Below are positions 26,364 to 38,737 of a stretch of DNA of 64,000 bases, piece by piece. The translations under genes were made by a program, and so were the position numbers. This DNA is from Octopus vulgaris (lineage: Eukaryota), in NCBI GenBank assembly GCA_951406725.2, contig OX597815.1, positions 32,612,001 through 32,676,000 of the forward strand, written 5' to 3'. The notes under the pieces are model-generated. The model saw nothing but the letters and a program-made list of their open reading frames with translations. It did not search any database and was not told where the DNA came from. Each line of letters opens with the position of its first letter. The stretch's first letter is position 1.

Positions 26364-27636
26364 TTGGGTCATCCCATAAATAATGCATTTTTTAATACTT
26401 CTTTTACTTTTCAAAATTAAGATAAACAAAATTTTTTTTTAATCTAAAATATACTCTCTTTCATTTTCTATAATGCCCTTCCATCTATCTGGCCTGTCTT
26501 CCTAAATTCACTTGTCCGTAGCAAAAAGTACTCCTCCAGTATTGTTCTGACCTTGTCTACAGATTTCTTATTTTTTCCAGCCAAATGATTTTGAAGATTG
26601 CGGAATAAATGATAATCAGATGGGACAATATCTGGTGAATATGGTGGATGGGGCATCATTTTCCATTCAAACTGTTTCAGCCTTTGGAATGTCATCCTCA
26701 CTGTATGTGGTCTAGCATTATCCTGATTGAAGAACACCTTTTGTCTTGAAAGTAAAGATGGTCATTTTTCTTCTAGTGCTGACTTAAGCTGCTCAAGCTA
26801 CTCACAGTAGATCTCCTTTGTTATCGTTTGGTTTGGGTTTAAAAGCTCAAAGTGGACTAAAACTTTCATATCCCACCAAACATATAACAACATCTTACAT
26901 GGGTGAAGACCTTCTTTAGCCTGGAGTGCCAGTGTTTCTCCTTCCTTTATCCACTGTCTTTGGTGCTTGACATTTTTATAGAGAACCCATATCTTGTCAC
27001 CAGTCCCTAATTGGTCCAAAAGAGGCTTATTCATGAGACATGCAGCTAAGAAGAGCATGCATTCATTTTGCATGTGATTAGACTTGGAAAGTTTGTGAGG
27101 AACCCAATGACCCAACTTGCTGACTTTTCCTATGGCATGCAGGTGTCTATGAATGGTTGAATGACCAAATCCAAGCTTCTCTGCTAGTTCCTCAACAGTT
27201 ACAATGTGATTTTGTTCCACCAGGGTTTGCAGGACATCCTCGTCAAGCTCTACAGATCTTTTAGGCTTCTAAAAGATCTGTAGGCTTTAGATTTCTACAG
27301 ATATTCTGGTCTTCTACAGATCTTCTGATTTTCTAGGCTGTAGTTTCTGGCTTGGAATTTCTGGAACCACCATTGACACTGGCTTACACTAATTGTCTGA
27401 TCCCCATACACTGCATTAATATTCCTCACACTTTCCGTTGCGTTGTTGCCTAATATGCTTCTTTGTTACTTCCATTATAACTTTGAAAAAATAACTGCTA
27501 ATATCAAACTGCACACTCCAAAACTTGCACTAAAAATAAGTCCAATTTAAAATCACTACCAGCTTTTATAGCAAGTTGATGCAGGTAGTTTATCCCATTC
27601 CCCTCTGACTTTTAATTCATACAATTGGAAAACCGC
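26364..27636 (-). mobile_element. mariner (DD34D) transposon, near full length, pseudogenised
   Basis: TA-TTGGGTCATCCCATAAATAATGC TIR. Motifs WVPHKL, TGD, QDNARPH and HPPYSPDIVPSDY with 34-residue D-D spacing; frameshifts present; other TIR largely lost. Confidence 0.93.
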
Positions 27637-28899
27637 ATGCAAGTACATCTCTGTAATTCCAATATATATTGTAATGCATGAACATATTTTCATACTAATG
27701 CAGCACAACAAATTATGTTCAAATGCTTGTGTGGGTTTGTGAAACTGCTACACAAATTTTTCTGTTAAGTGTTCAATAACACAATCCAGCAACATCGGCA
27801 TACAAACACCCCCAGCAGTCATTAATGACTTTCAACATGGAAACGGTAGTCAACACATGCAAGAGCAGATTGATAGAAAAGTTATGATGGTAGCTTGGTT
27901 TTATATGGGAACAACATGCAGCCTAAGCAAATATACAATTACCCATTAACCCACAAAGTTACAAATATATTATTACGTTAATTAGTAAAACTAGAAAACA
28001 CAAGCTAAATATCAACTCTGGAACAATATAGCAAAAACTTATATAAAATCATATATATTATGATTCTGTTCTTACTTGTACACTGTCTGGTTTACATATC
28101 CATCAAGAATTATTCCTTAACTTAACTTAACTATTCCATATTTAAAAAAAAAAAAATTTTTGATATGTATTTATTTCTCCTAACATGGTTTTCAGATTTC
28201 TTTCTTGATATCTTATTTCCATTTAGAACATTTGTATCAACCATGTAACATGCAAAGTATACGATAATTTTGATAAGAAAGTATTTCACTGATGTAAAGC
28301 TAAACTTGGCATGCCCCACACCATCATAAATAACTCAATAATGTAAATTTTTTTTAATGAAAATTATCAAAGGAAAAGATTACAATTATGTCTAAGAAAT
28401 AGTTTTTTAGTAAAAAATTTTTCTTTTTTATTCAGAAAGAAAAGAAGTTCATAACTTTTAAACTTTTCAAATAACTTAGTCATAATAGTAGCACGCAATA
28501 ATGGTACCAGATAAAGGAAATGAGTAAGTCTAAAGATATCCCTAGACTACTTCAAGTCTGTATTGTTTTTGTCAAGTTCATTAATGCCTATTCAACTTAT
28601 CATAAGCAAGGAAATGCCTTCCAATTTCATTTTGGTAATGAATAATATCTAAATTTATGCTGAGCAATCATTATAGGTAAGTAACAGAATGATTAAAAAG
28701 GTATTGACTCCTTTTATTTCTGAATCAAAATATAAAAACAAAGAAAATTAGTTTTTAAAATTTTCAGCACAATCATAATCTACAGCTTCAAAAATCTTTT
28801 CAAAATTTCTGAAAAAGGTTACAAAGAAATAAGGTCAGGAGCAGCTTTTAATAAATTGTAGCTATAACCCAAATTTTGCCATGCCTACACAATTGTGGC

Positions 28900-29740
28900 C
28901 ACCCACACCCCATCCCAAATTTATTTCCTCTAAAGTTTCTGAAAAGCAGATATTGCTAATAAAATTTTCTCCAAATACATTTCAGATGGCATAGATTATG
29001 ATTATGATCAGAATTTGTTATGAAAAATGTTTTGGGAGGAGGGCTGGTGGCAAGGGGAGTTTCGGATAATTCACATATCTTAACTTTGTTTCCCCAGAAC
29101 TCAGAAAAATATGTACATATCTTAATGAAATTTCCTGATTGTATAATTCATAACTATATCATAATTTTATGTGAAAAAAAAAAAAGGAGGTGGAGCAGAT
29201 ATTTTATGCACTTTGACCTTGTTTCCTCACATGCCTTGATACAAATTACAGTTATTGTGGAAAATAAAATTTTGAGGACCATTCCACCCTTTCCTTTAAG
29301 GAATTTAAATGAATACTTTTTTAAAATAAAAAGGAAATTTTAAAAGATGCCAGCATAATTTGAAAAGATAAAAAAATCTGAGGTGAATTTGTTGTTATAA
29401 CCATTTGGTAAGCAGTGGACCTGAAAAATTTTTTTTAAACATTCATTTAACATATTCCTGAAGGGAAAGTGTGGAATAGTCCTCAAAAGTTTTTTTTTTA
29501 TATTTTGTTTTCAACATAATTGTAGTCTACATCATTAAAACATATGAGGAAACAAAGTTGATGCATGTGAATTATCCTAAACTCCCCTCATCCCACCTAT
29601 GAAAAAGCCTTTTCTTTAAAAATTCTGATATAATTATAATCCACCTCATTTGAAATGTATTTATAGCATATTTCATTAAAAGACATCAATTTTTCAGAAA
29701 GTGTTGAAGGTACACTTGTGTAATTATGCCTAAAGTTTTG
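28900..29740. repeat. Decayed foldback (long inverted repeat) element
   Basis: 29205-29335 pairs with 29425-29570; 28925-29030 pairs with 29600-29710. Confidence 0.7.
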
Positions 29741-29749
29741 GGTTTTTTG

Positions 29750-30170
29750 GAAGAATCATTAGCATGCTGGGCAAAATGCTTAGTGGCATTTTATCCGTCT
29801 TTACATTCTGAGTTCAAATCCTGCTGAGGTTAACTTTGTCTTTCATCCTTTAGGAGTTAATGAAATAAGTACCATCTGAGCACTGGGATTGTCGACTAGC
29901 CTCTTCTTTCAAAATTTCTGGCCTTGTGCCTCAAATAGAAAGGATTATTTCTATGTATAAGGCAGCAAGCTGGCAGAATCGTTAGTACACAGGGCAAAAT
30001 GTTTAGTGATATTTCATCTGCTTTTATGTTCTAAGTTTAAATTCTGCTTAGGTCAAATTTGTCTTTCATCTCATCTCAGGGTTGATGAAATAAATACCAG
30101 TTGAATGCTGGGGGTCAATATAATTGAGTATCCCCCTCCCTCAAAATTTCAGGCCTTGTGCCTATCGTAC
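29750..30170 (+). mobile_element. Two tandem family B SINEs
   Basis: Each copy has TTCTGAGTTCAAAT-like and GGCCTTGTGCC segments. Confidence 0.8.
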
Positions 30171-30189
30171 AAAGGTTTACTTTTAATAT

Positions 30190-30537
30190 GGTTGCCAGCG
30201 CTGCCCCAACTGGCCTCCGTGCCAGTGGCACGTAAAAAGCACCATCCGATCGTGGCCATTGCCAGCTCACCAGGCCTCCGTGCCAGTGGCAAGTAAAAAG
30301 CACCATCCAATCGTAGCCGTTTGCCAGCCTCCTCTGGCACCTGTGCCGGTGGCACGTAAAAAGCACCCACTACACTCACGGAGTGGTTGGCGTTAGGAAG
30401 GGCATCCAGCCGTAGAAACATTGCCAGATCAGACTGGGCCTGGTGCAGCCTTCTGGCTTCCCAGACCCCAGTTGAACCGTCCAACCCATGCCAGCATGGA
30501 AAGCGGACGCTAAACAATGATGATGATGATGATGATG
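30190..30537 (+). mobile_element. Young RTE-tail element with three ~60-bp tandem modules and (GAT)n tail
   Basis: CpG-rich; the best-preserved copy in the window. Confidence 0.9.
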
Positions 30538-30978
30538 TGTACATGATAAAATGAATAAAATTGCAAGAAAAAAGATATGCTCAAATTAAGTTTAAAGAGA
30601 CAGAAATGTTATGTAAGAATGAGAATATGAAAGTAAAATAGAGAGAGGAAGTGAGAGCAAGAACAATATTTCTTTCATTGACTAAGAGTTCAAATTGAGA
30701 AGTGGTAAGATAATGCATAATAGACATTGGAGTTTAACAGAATAACGTCTTTATATAACTACACAACCTTTTTCTAAGAACCTCTAGGTAATTTAAAACT
30801 TCTCTAATGGACAATGCCTGTTAACTAGCAAGTGGCCCCAGCTGATTGTCTGATGCCAGTTCAACACCAAGCAGTCTATTTTTGCCCTAGGCCAACATTG
30901 ATCAAGAGTGTTCCACTAATGCTTGTGTAATTTTCTTTTTATTGGCATAGCATACTTAAGACTATATTATGCAATGTA

Positions 30979-31185
30979 CAAGGAGGTGCTGAAAAGTTGC
31001 TGGCTTTGGACTAAAGAAAATACAGGAAGATCAGCTAATTATGATTTTATTCAGCATATTCCCCTCTCAGAGTTATACACTTAATGCAGAAGTCCTTCAG
31101 GCTTTCTAAGCTCTGCAGAAGAACTCGGAAGGTTGGGTTTCCAACCGTGCCTTTAGTGATACCAGGAACTTTTCAGCACCCCTCA
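30979..31185. mobile_element. mariner-type MITE with TA TSD
   Basis: TA-CAAGGAGGTGCTGAAAAGTT ... AACTTTTCAGCACCCCTCA-TA; a solo end of the same family is at ~45855-45880. Confidence 0.85.
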
Positions 31186-31463
31186 TATCTATTTTCTATG
31201 AGAGTTGTTATATGAGAGAAATTTGGCTGGTATTTGTAGCATAAGTATAGGTTTCATTAATAGGTTTGTTTATTGAGAGTCTTGCAACATGATCACTTGA
31301 GTCAAATTTTCTCTATTATCCACACCTGGGATTCATTCTACAAAGGTGTCTGCAACTAAATCACATGTGTAACTTTTCTTAAATAATTTTCTTCTCCATC
31401 TTTCTCTCTCTCTCTCTCTCCTCCCTCTCGCCCCCTCTCTTTTTATATATGTGTATATGTGTG

Positions 31464-31502
<39 letters not shown>

Positions 31503-31649
31503 ATATATATCAAACAAAATTTTTCTCTAAGCAGTGTTTAGGCATGAGCAAAACTTAGGTTAGTTAAAATATGTTTGTGACATATTTCAACTACACCATC
31601 TTCATCATCACCATCTTCACCACCACCACCACCACCACCACCACCATCA

Positions 31650-31970
31650 ACATCCTTGTTTAAGGATGTTGAACGAAACACCCAAGTTTCTAGAGGTGAA
31701 TTATTCAAACCCCAAAGAATTCTTCTCAACACATGGCTATGATGATCCCCCACTACTTCTGCTTGTGATCAGAGATGCACATATCGTCAGCCACTAAGGG
31801 ACATGCTCAACTGGTTAAGGTCAAACAACTGACAAGCAAATATGTGGTATTGAGCAGAATATTTACTGTAGCCCATCTTTTATACCAAGACAAACCAATG
31901 TACATGATAACACTTCCAATCAGTTAAGATCAGAAGCCATGAGAGCCACTGCCTGGTACTGCATCAGGAC
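31650..31970. repeat. Probable interspersed repeat fragment (LINE 3' end-like), family unassigned
   Basis: Bounded by (CAC)n and (ATT)n microsatellites; recognised from recollection only. Confidence 0.35.
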
Positions 31971-32277
31971 ATTATTATTATTATCATTATTACTATTATT
32001 ATTATTAATATTATTATTTCATGCTTTGAGAAATATATCAAGAGTTTTCTTTCTCCAAGGAAATGTTTTGCCAGAATGTCTTAACATTATCTACAGATCG
32101 TCGTATTGCTACTTTCAGGAATGTGATTATGTCTGTCTATCGTTATAAGCAATTTATCAATGACCAATTATAAATGGGATGACAGACAAATTATTTAATT
32201 GTTATCATAATTATAATTCAACAACAAGGTCAGTGTAATTTAGGTTTTTAGTTCACTTCTGTTCATTATTGTTGTGG

Positions 32278-32317
<40 letters not shown>

Positions 32318-32869
32318 GAAGGCAGTGAGTTGGAAAACTTCGTACAGTAGATAAAATGCTTAGTGGTGTTTCTCCTGGCTCTTTGCATATTCAATTCAAA
32401 TCCCGCCAAAGTCAACTTTACTTTCATCCTGCTTTTGGAGTTGTTAAAATGAAGTACAGTAAAGTAATGGGGTTAATGTAATTGAGTACCCACTCACCCT
32501 TAAAATTTCTGGCCTTGTGCCAAAATTTGTAACAATTATCATTATTACTATTATTATTATGGGGATGTATTATAGCCTAGTAGTAGGGTGTCACACTCAT
32601 GATCACGAGATCATGGTTTCAATTCCTAGACCAGGTGATGTGTTGTGTTCTTCATCAGAACACTTTATTTCACATTGCTCTATGATGAGTTCAACACCAT
32701 GTACCTGTTCAGGTAATGTCAATTTGATGGAGGGAGTGAGTTAATGTACAGCACATACATTTGATTACTAGAAATAAATCCTTTGAGTGGGTTGTCCAGC
32801 AAAAACTGAACACTCATATGTCATCTTCGATAAGAGAGTCCATCATTATTAATATTATTATTACTGAGG

Positions 32870-33350
32870 GAAGATCATTTTAGCAATAAATACCTGAGTT
32901 ATGCCAGTATTAAGATACTCTGCTTGCTCCCTTTCTTATTTCTTTACTGCCCACAAGGGGCTACACACAGACGGGAAAAACAAGGACAGACAAACAGATT
33001 AAGTTGATTACATCGACCCCAGTGTGTAACTGGTACTTAATTTATTGACCTCGAAAGAATGAAAGGCAAAGTCGACCTTGGCGGAATTTGAACTCAGAAC
33101 GTAAAGACAGACGAAATACTGTTAAGCATTTCGCCTGGTGTGCTAATGTTTCTGCCAGCTTGCCGCCTTGCTTGCTTCCTTTCTGAAATGGACAAATGCC
33201 AAGCTACAGAACTTGGACAGAAGAACTCCTTCTAACTGTGAGTCTCTCATCCTTTTCTTCTCATATGTTGGTGCAACAAAAGAATGCACCCAGTATACTT
33301 TATTAAAAGAAGGATTGAGGGGACTCTTTAGTCTTTTGAAAGTCAGGACA
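32870..33350 (+). mobile_element. R4/Dong-like non-LTR retrotransposon post-RT fragment, split by a SINE
   Basis: ILAINT*VMPVLRYSA [SINE] LKWTNAKLQNLDRRT...KEGLRGL resembles AINT.A.PVL.YS....W...L..LDRKT...EGGRGL. Confidence 0.55.
32937..33167 (-). mobile_element. SINE family B with TSD
   Basis: TGCTTGCT(C/T)CCTTTC on both sides. Confidence 0.9.
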
Positions 33351-33769
33351 ACCTCTTTAGTGCTGGTGCCATGAAAAATTGCATTCAGTACATTCTGTAA
33401 AGTGATTGTCATTAGGAAATTAAGTCTAATTAAGGCATGAGGATATTAAGTCTAAAATGAATCGTATGAATAAGATGTGGATTTCTGATTCATCTTCAAG
33501 AGTAGTAACAACAGATTCAACTCATGCAAGCAGAGAAAGGGGATGTCATATGATGATGATGATGGTGTTGATTAGAACTGAGAGGTGAATGTTGGATGAT
33601 GTATGCAGAGAGACAGCTGTATTGATAGGGACATGATGAAAGAAAATGTTTCTTATTGAAGACAAGGAGAAACCATAGTAGAATTTGACCAAAAATTAGA
33701 CTATTAAAAGGAAACTTGTGAGAAAGATGTCAGCCTCAGAGTTCATGGAGAGATACTGTATTGGTTTTA

Positions 33770-34600
33770 CATTTAGGTACAAGGCCAGTAATATCAGAGG
33801 ATAGGCTTAAGTCAATTACATTGCTGCCCCCCCCTCTCCACCGTGCTCAACTGGTACTTATTTCATTGACTCTGGAAAGATGAAAAGTGAAGTCGACCTT
33901 GATGGAGTTTGAACTCAGGATGTGATGCTGTTAAGCATTTTGCCCAGTGTGCTAATGATACTGCCAGCTCACTCCTTTGGAGAGATACCATACTGAAAGC
34001 TTACCCAACTGAAGTTAATGTTGGAAACTGATATCAAAATGATGATGAAGATGGTGATGATGATGATTAATGATAACACCAATTATGACACCAACACCAC
34101 CACTAGCAACAACTATGCAATAACGAGAATAGTGATGACAATACATATTTTGATGGATGGTGGTGAATTAGCAGAATTGGAAGAATGTCATACAAAATGT
34201 TTTGCAATGTTTAGCTGTGTACCTTTATATTTGGCGATCAAATCCCAGCATGGTCAGCTTGGTTTTTCAACTTTCAGGAGATAATTAAATAAGTGCCAGT
34301 AATATCCTGGATTGATCTAACTAATTATATGCATCAACAAAATTTGAGTATTTGGTCTATGTCGATAATCAATAATGTCTTAATGTATCTCTGGAGCTAA
34401 AATAGTAGTTTCAAATTTTGGCACAAGTTCAGCAATTTTTGGCTGTGCAGGGTGGGGTCAGTCAATTGCATTGACTCCAGTACTTGACTGGTACTTTATT
34501 TTACCAGACCTGAAAGGATCAAAGGTAAAGTTGATCTCAGTAGGATTTGAACTCAGAATGTAAGGATCCAGAAGAAATGCCATTAAGAATGTTTATTCCC
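33770..34600. mobile_element. Cluster of decayed family B SINEs: 33770-33975(-), 34165-34370(+), 34408-34600(-)
   Basis: Homology to the family B consensus. Confidence 0.7.
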
Positions 34601-35360
34601 ATGGATGATACTTTGTTCTTCCTTATTGAACCATGCCAACTCATAAGGGCCAGTTTCTCAGTTTCCATGGCATATAAGTTCCCTTCATGGATTGGATGCC
34701 GGTCCATTGCAGGATTACTCATTTTTGCCAGCAGAGTGGACTGGAGCAACGTGAAATGAAGTGTTTTGCTCAAGAACACAATGCACTACTTGATCCAGAA
34801 ATTGAAACCACAATCTTACAATTATGAGTCCAACACCCTAATGACTAAGCCACATGCTTCCACAAATATGAATGTTCTGTTAGAACAAACTATACTGTGG
34901 TAGATACCATGAGCAAAACTCTCATATTGGCTTTAAGATGCAAAATGCTCTCTTGCTTATATTGCTAACAGGGAGAAAAATCTTGCCAAGATCACCAGAT
35001 CAAGTGATTTCAACCTTGGCCTTGTCAATGATGGACACTTGACTGCTAGAGTTGACATTAATACTGTCTCTGTCACTAATACATACATATATACATACAT
35101 ATATATATCACCGTGATCACTCACTGTGACCGACCAGGCAATCAGATGTTGCTACACACCACAGGTCACAATGCGCTTTGCATTGTTTTAGCCTTCAAAT
35201 GATGCTACCCCACTGGCTAAGCGAGCAGGCCAATATATATTAAGCATTTTGTCTCACATCCAAATGATTCTGTCAGCAGGCCAGTGCTTAAAGTGAGGTA
35301 ATTGCACTTTTGGATGAGATGTTAGTCTACCATAGTTAAGAAGTCTTAGAAATGTCTGGT

Positions 35361-35595
35361 AAGGCGGCGAGCTGGCAGAAACATTAGCACGCTAGGTGAA
35401 ATTCTTAGCGGTATTTCATCTGCCATTATGTTCTGAGTTCAAATTCTGCCGAGGTCGACTCTGCCTTTCATCCTTTCGAGGTCGATAAATTAAATACCAG
35501 TTATGCAATGGGGTCGATGTAATCGGCTTAATCCCTTTGTCTGTCCTTGTTTGTCCCTTCTATGTTTAGCCCCTTGTGGGCAATAAAGAAATAAG
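35361..35595 (+). mobile_element. Young full-length SINE family B
   Basis: AAGGCGGCGAGCTGGCAGAA...GGGCAATAAAGAAATAA; TSD ~TGTCTGGTA. Confidence 0.92.
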
Positions 35596-36138
35596 AAGTG
35601 TCTGGTATCTATTCCCTACACAACTAAGTAAACAGACACATGCATAATATATTAAGTACTCTGCCCAGAGTCACAACAAAATGTCAGTAACAACAGTTGT
35701 GAACTTATCACCTATGAGCCAGTAGTCAAATACATTATGCACATAACCACTTTGCTTCTATATACACACTAACAGCTTTACATACAAACACATGCCACAT
35801 AATTATACATAAACAGTCTATTTATCTCATACAGTAATACACACACACCCACATACAAACTAACAAATGAATACAAACATCGGTATTTATTTATCAATGA
35901 GTTTAGCTTCCTCTCAAAATCTTGTGTGATTTTTTTTTTTTTGAACAATCTCTTCTTTAACATTTGGTAATTTTATGCCTTATTTTCCATAGAATGAATG
36001 GAATGACTCATCAACAGACTATTTTTCACGTGATGTCATGGCGAGACTGGTGTTTTATCACTGACTGACCACTGTTGTTTTGAATCACTAAGTCTTGAAT
36101 GGGACTGATTTTCTAATCCATATTAACATAAGCTATCC

Positions 36139-36143
<5 letters not shown>

Positions 36144-36181
<38 letters not shown>

Positions 36182-36498
36182 TCTCTCTCTCTCTCACTCT
36201 TTTCTCTCTCCCTTTCTCTCTCTCTCTCACTCTTTTCTCTCTCCCTTTCTCTCTCTCTCTCACTCTTTTCTCTCTCTCTCTCTCACTCTTTTCTCTCTCC
36301 CTTTCTCTCTCTCTCTCTCACTCTTTTCTCTCTCCCTTTCTCTCTCTCTCTCTCTCTTTTCTCTCTCCCTTTCTCTCTCTCTCTCACTCTTTTCTCTCTC
36401 TCTCTTTCTCTCTCTCTCTCTCACTCTTTCTGTATGTGTGTTTTTAGCCATTTATTTCAAATTTTGCTCTCATATGCATCCCTCTCCCTCTCCATACC

Positions 36499-36540
<42 letters not shown>
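36144..36540. repeat. (CT)n tract with higher-order ~32-bp CTCACTCTTTTCTCTCTCCCTTT units
   Basis: Directly visible. Confidence 0.95.
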
Positions 36541-36543
<3 letters not shown>

Positions 36544-37332
36544 CTGTCTGCCTTTCTTTTTCTCAGTCTACTTTTGCCTGTCTATCCCTCTCAATTTATC
36601 ACTTTCCAAATCTATCTCTCAACAGGTTTTTCTATTTTTCTTTCTCTCTTTTTCTATATTTATTTGTCTGCTTATCCAGTTCTCACTGCTTTCCATCGAT
36701 CCATCTGTCCACCTATCCATTCATCCATATGTCTGCCTGCATGGATATATATTCTTTTACTCTTATTGGATTTAGTCATTGGACTGCAACTTTGCTGGAG
36801 GCTGCCTGCAAGGGATTTAGTCAATTAGGCTAACCCCAGTTATTTGTCTAGTTTTTATTTATTGATCTTTATCAAATAGTTAAATTCGTTAAATACACAG
36901 AGGGAATGTAAATTGATGAACTATATACCACAAGGTATTTTTGTTTGACACACCCATTTTTAGTTATTTCCACATAATAGTTATTCCCATAGCAATCTAT
37001 ATATACATATTTATACACCTATATCTCAATGAAATTAACAAGTTCTGTTTTATTAATTCATTATTAAAAAAAGATCATTATCAGAGGTTGCTAAAACATT
37101 ATTTTATGCTTATCTATATTATTTTTTCAATTATTGAAGGAAATATACAGATATTCAAAATGACCCTACAGCAATCAATAAATCTTTATACCAATCAAGA
37201 AAGATTAAGCTTCATTATGACAAGGTTTCATTCAAAGGTGGCATAAAATAAGGTATTTGTGAGTGTGTGTGTATGTGTGTGTTTGTGTGTGTGTGTGTGT
37301 GCATACATACATACATTATATATATATATATA

Positions 37333-38122
37333 TTGGGTCATCTCATAAATGATGCATTTTTTTTTCAATTGCGTGAACTAAAAGTTGGAGGGGGATGGGA
37401 TAAACTAACTGCATCAACTTGCTATAAAAGCCGGTAGTAATTTTACCTTGTCCTTATTCTCAGAGCAAGTTTTGAAGAGAGCAGTTCGATTTTAACAGAT
37501 ATTTTTTCAAAGCTATAATGAAAGTGACAAAGGAGCATATTCAGCATATTTTGCTTTATGAGTTCAATAAAGGCAACAATGCAACAGAAAATGTGAGGAA
37601 TATCAATGAAGTATATAGGAATTGGACAATAAGTGTAAGCCAGTGTCACAGTGGTTCCAGAAATTCCAAGCCAGAAACTACAACCAAGAAGACCAGCCTC
37701 ATCCTGAAAATCTGTAGAGCTCAATGAGGATGTCCTGCAAACCTTGGTGGAACAAAATCCCATCGTAACTTGAGGAACTAGCAGAGAAGCTTGGATTTGG
37801 TCATTCAACCATTCATTGACACTTGTGTGCCATCAGAAATGTCAGCAAATTGGGTCAATGGGTTCTACACAAACTTTCTCAGTCTAATCATGTACAAAGG
37901 GTGAATGTGTGCTCTTCTTTGCTGTCATGTCTAATGAATGAACCTTTTTTGAACTGAATAGTGACTGGTGTCGGGAAATGGGTTCTCTATAAAAATGTCA
38001 TGTGCTGAAGACAGTTGGTAGGGAAAGGAGAAACACCAGCACTCCAGGCTAAAGAAGGTCTTCACCCACATAAGACGTTGTTATCTGTTTGGTGGGATGT
38101 GAAAGGTTTAGTCCACTTTGAA
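37333..38122 (+). mobile_element. mariner transposon, 5' half (same family as 26364-27636)
   Basis: Same TIR TTGGGTCATC; MKVTKEHIQHILLYEFNKG N-terminus; truncated after VWWDVKGLVHFE. Confidence 0.92.
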
Positions 38123-38416
38123 CGTTTTTTGTGTTTGTTTGTTTGTTTTTTGTCTTTTTTGCTGTACACATTTGCTGGCTTTCTTACAAAGGAGTCTAAT
38201 GCTAGACTTTTTTGGGGGCAACCAGATCAAACCATCTCAAGTGTAACTGCCCAAAATAGTTGTGACTTCTGGGACTTGCCGAGAATGACCCGTCTTTTTT
38301 TTTGCCTGTCCTTCTAATTGGTGTTTCTCTTGTCGGCCTTTGTATCATCTATGTGTCTGAACATTTTAATGCCCTCTATTGCATTTTTGTTCCATTTATA
38401 TTTATATATATATATA

Positions 38417-38702
38417 TCATCATCATCATCATCATCGTTTAACATCCGCTTTCCATGCTAGCATGGGTTGGACGATTTTGACTGAGGGCTGGCAAACCAG
38501 ATGGCTGCACCAGGCTCCAATCTTGATTTGGCAGAGTTTCTACAGCTGGATGCCTTTCCTAATGCCAACCACTTCGAGAGTGTAGTGGGTGCTTTTTACG
38601 TGCCACCAGCACAAGGGCCAGTCAGGCGGTGTTGGCAACAACCTTGCTCGAATCTTTTTACACATGCCACCAGCACAGGTGCCAGTAAGGCGACGTTGGT
38701 AA

Positions 38703-38703
<1 letters not shown>
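38417..38703 (-). mobile_element. RTE-tail element inserted in (TA)n
   Basis: (CAT)n tail plus core; TA repeats on both sides. Confidence 0.88.

Positions 38704-38737
<34 letters not shown>

Noticed and set aside
27780-27950. piggyBac-like peptide PAVINDF...
   Set aside because: Similarity too weak to call.
30320-30345. GCCAGCCTCCTCTGGC resembles the HDV ribozyme P3/L3 region
   Set aside because: No upstream P1 partner, no P1.1 GG and no C-R-A J4/2 before a P2 partner; the loop is not conserved among copies.
30190-30370. Repeat-spacer appearance suggesting CRISPR
   Set aside because: Inter-repeat segments are homologous to each other, the context is a eukaryotic LINE tail, and there are no cas genes.
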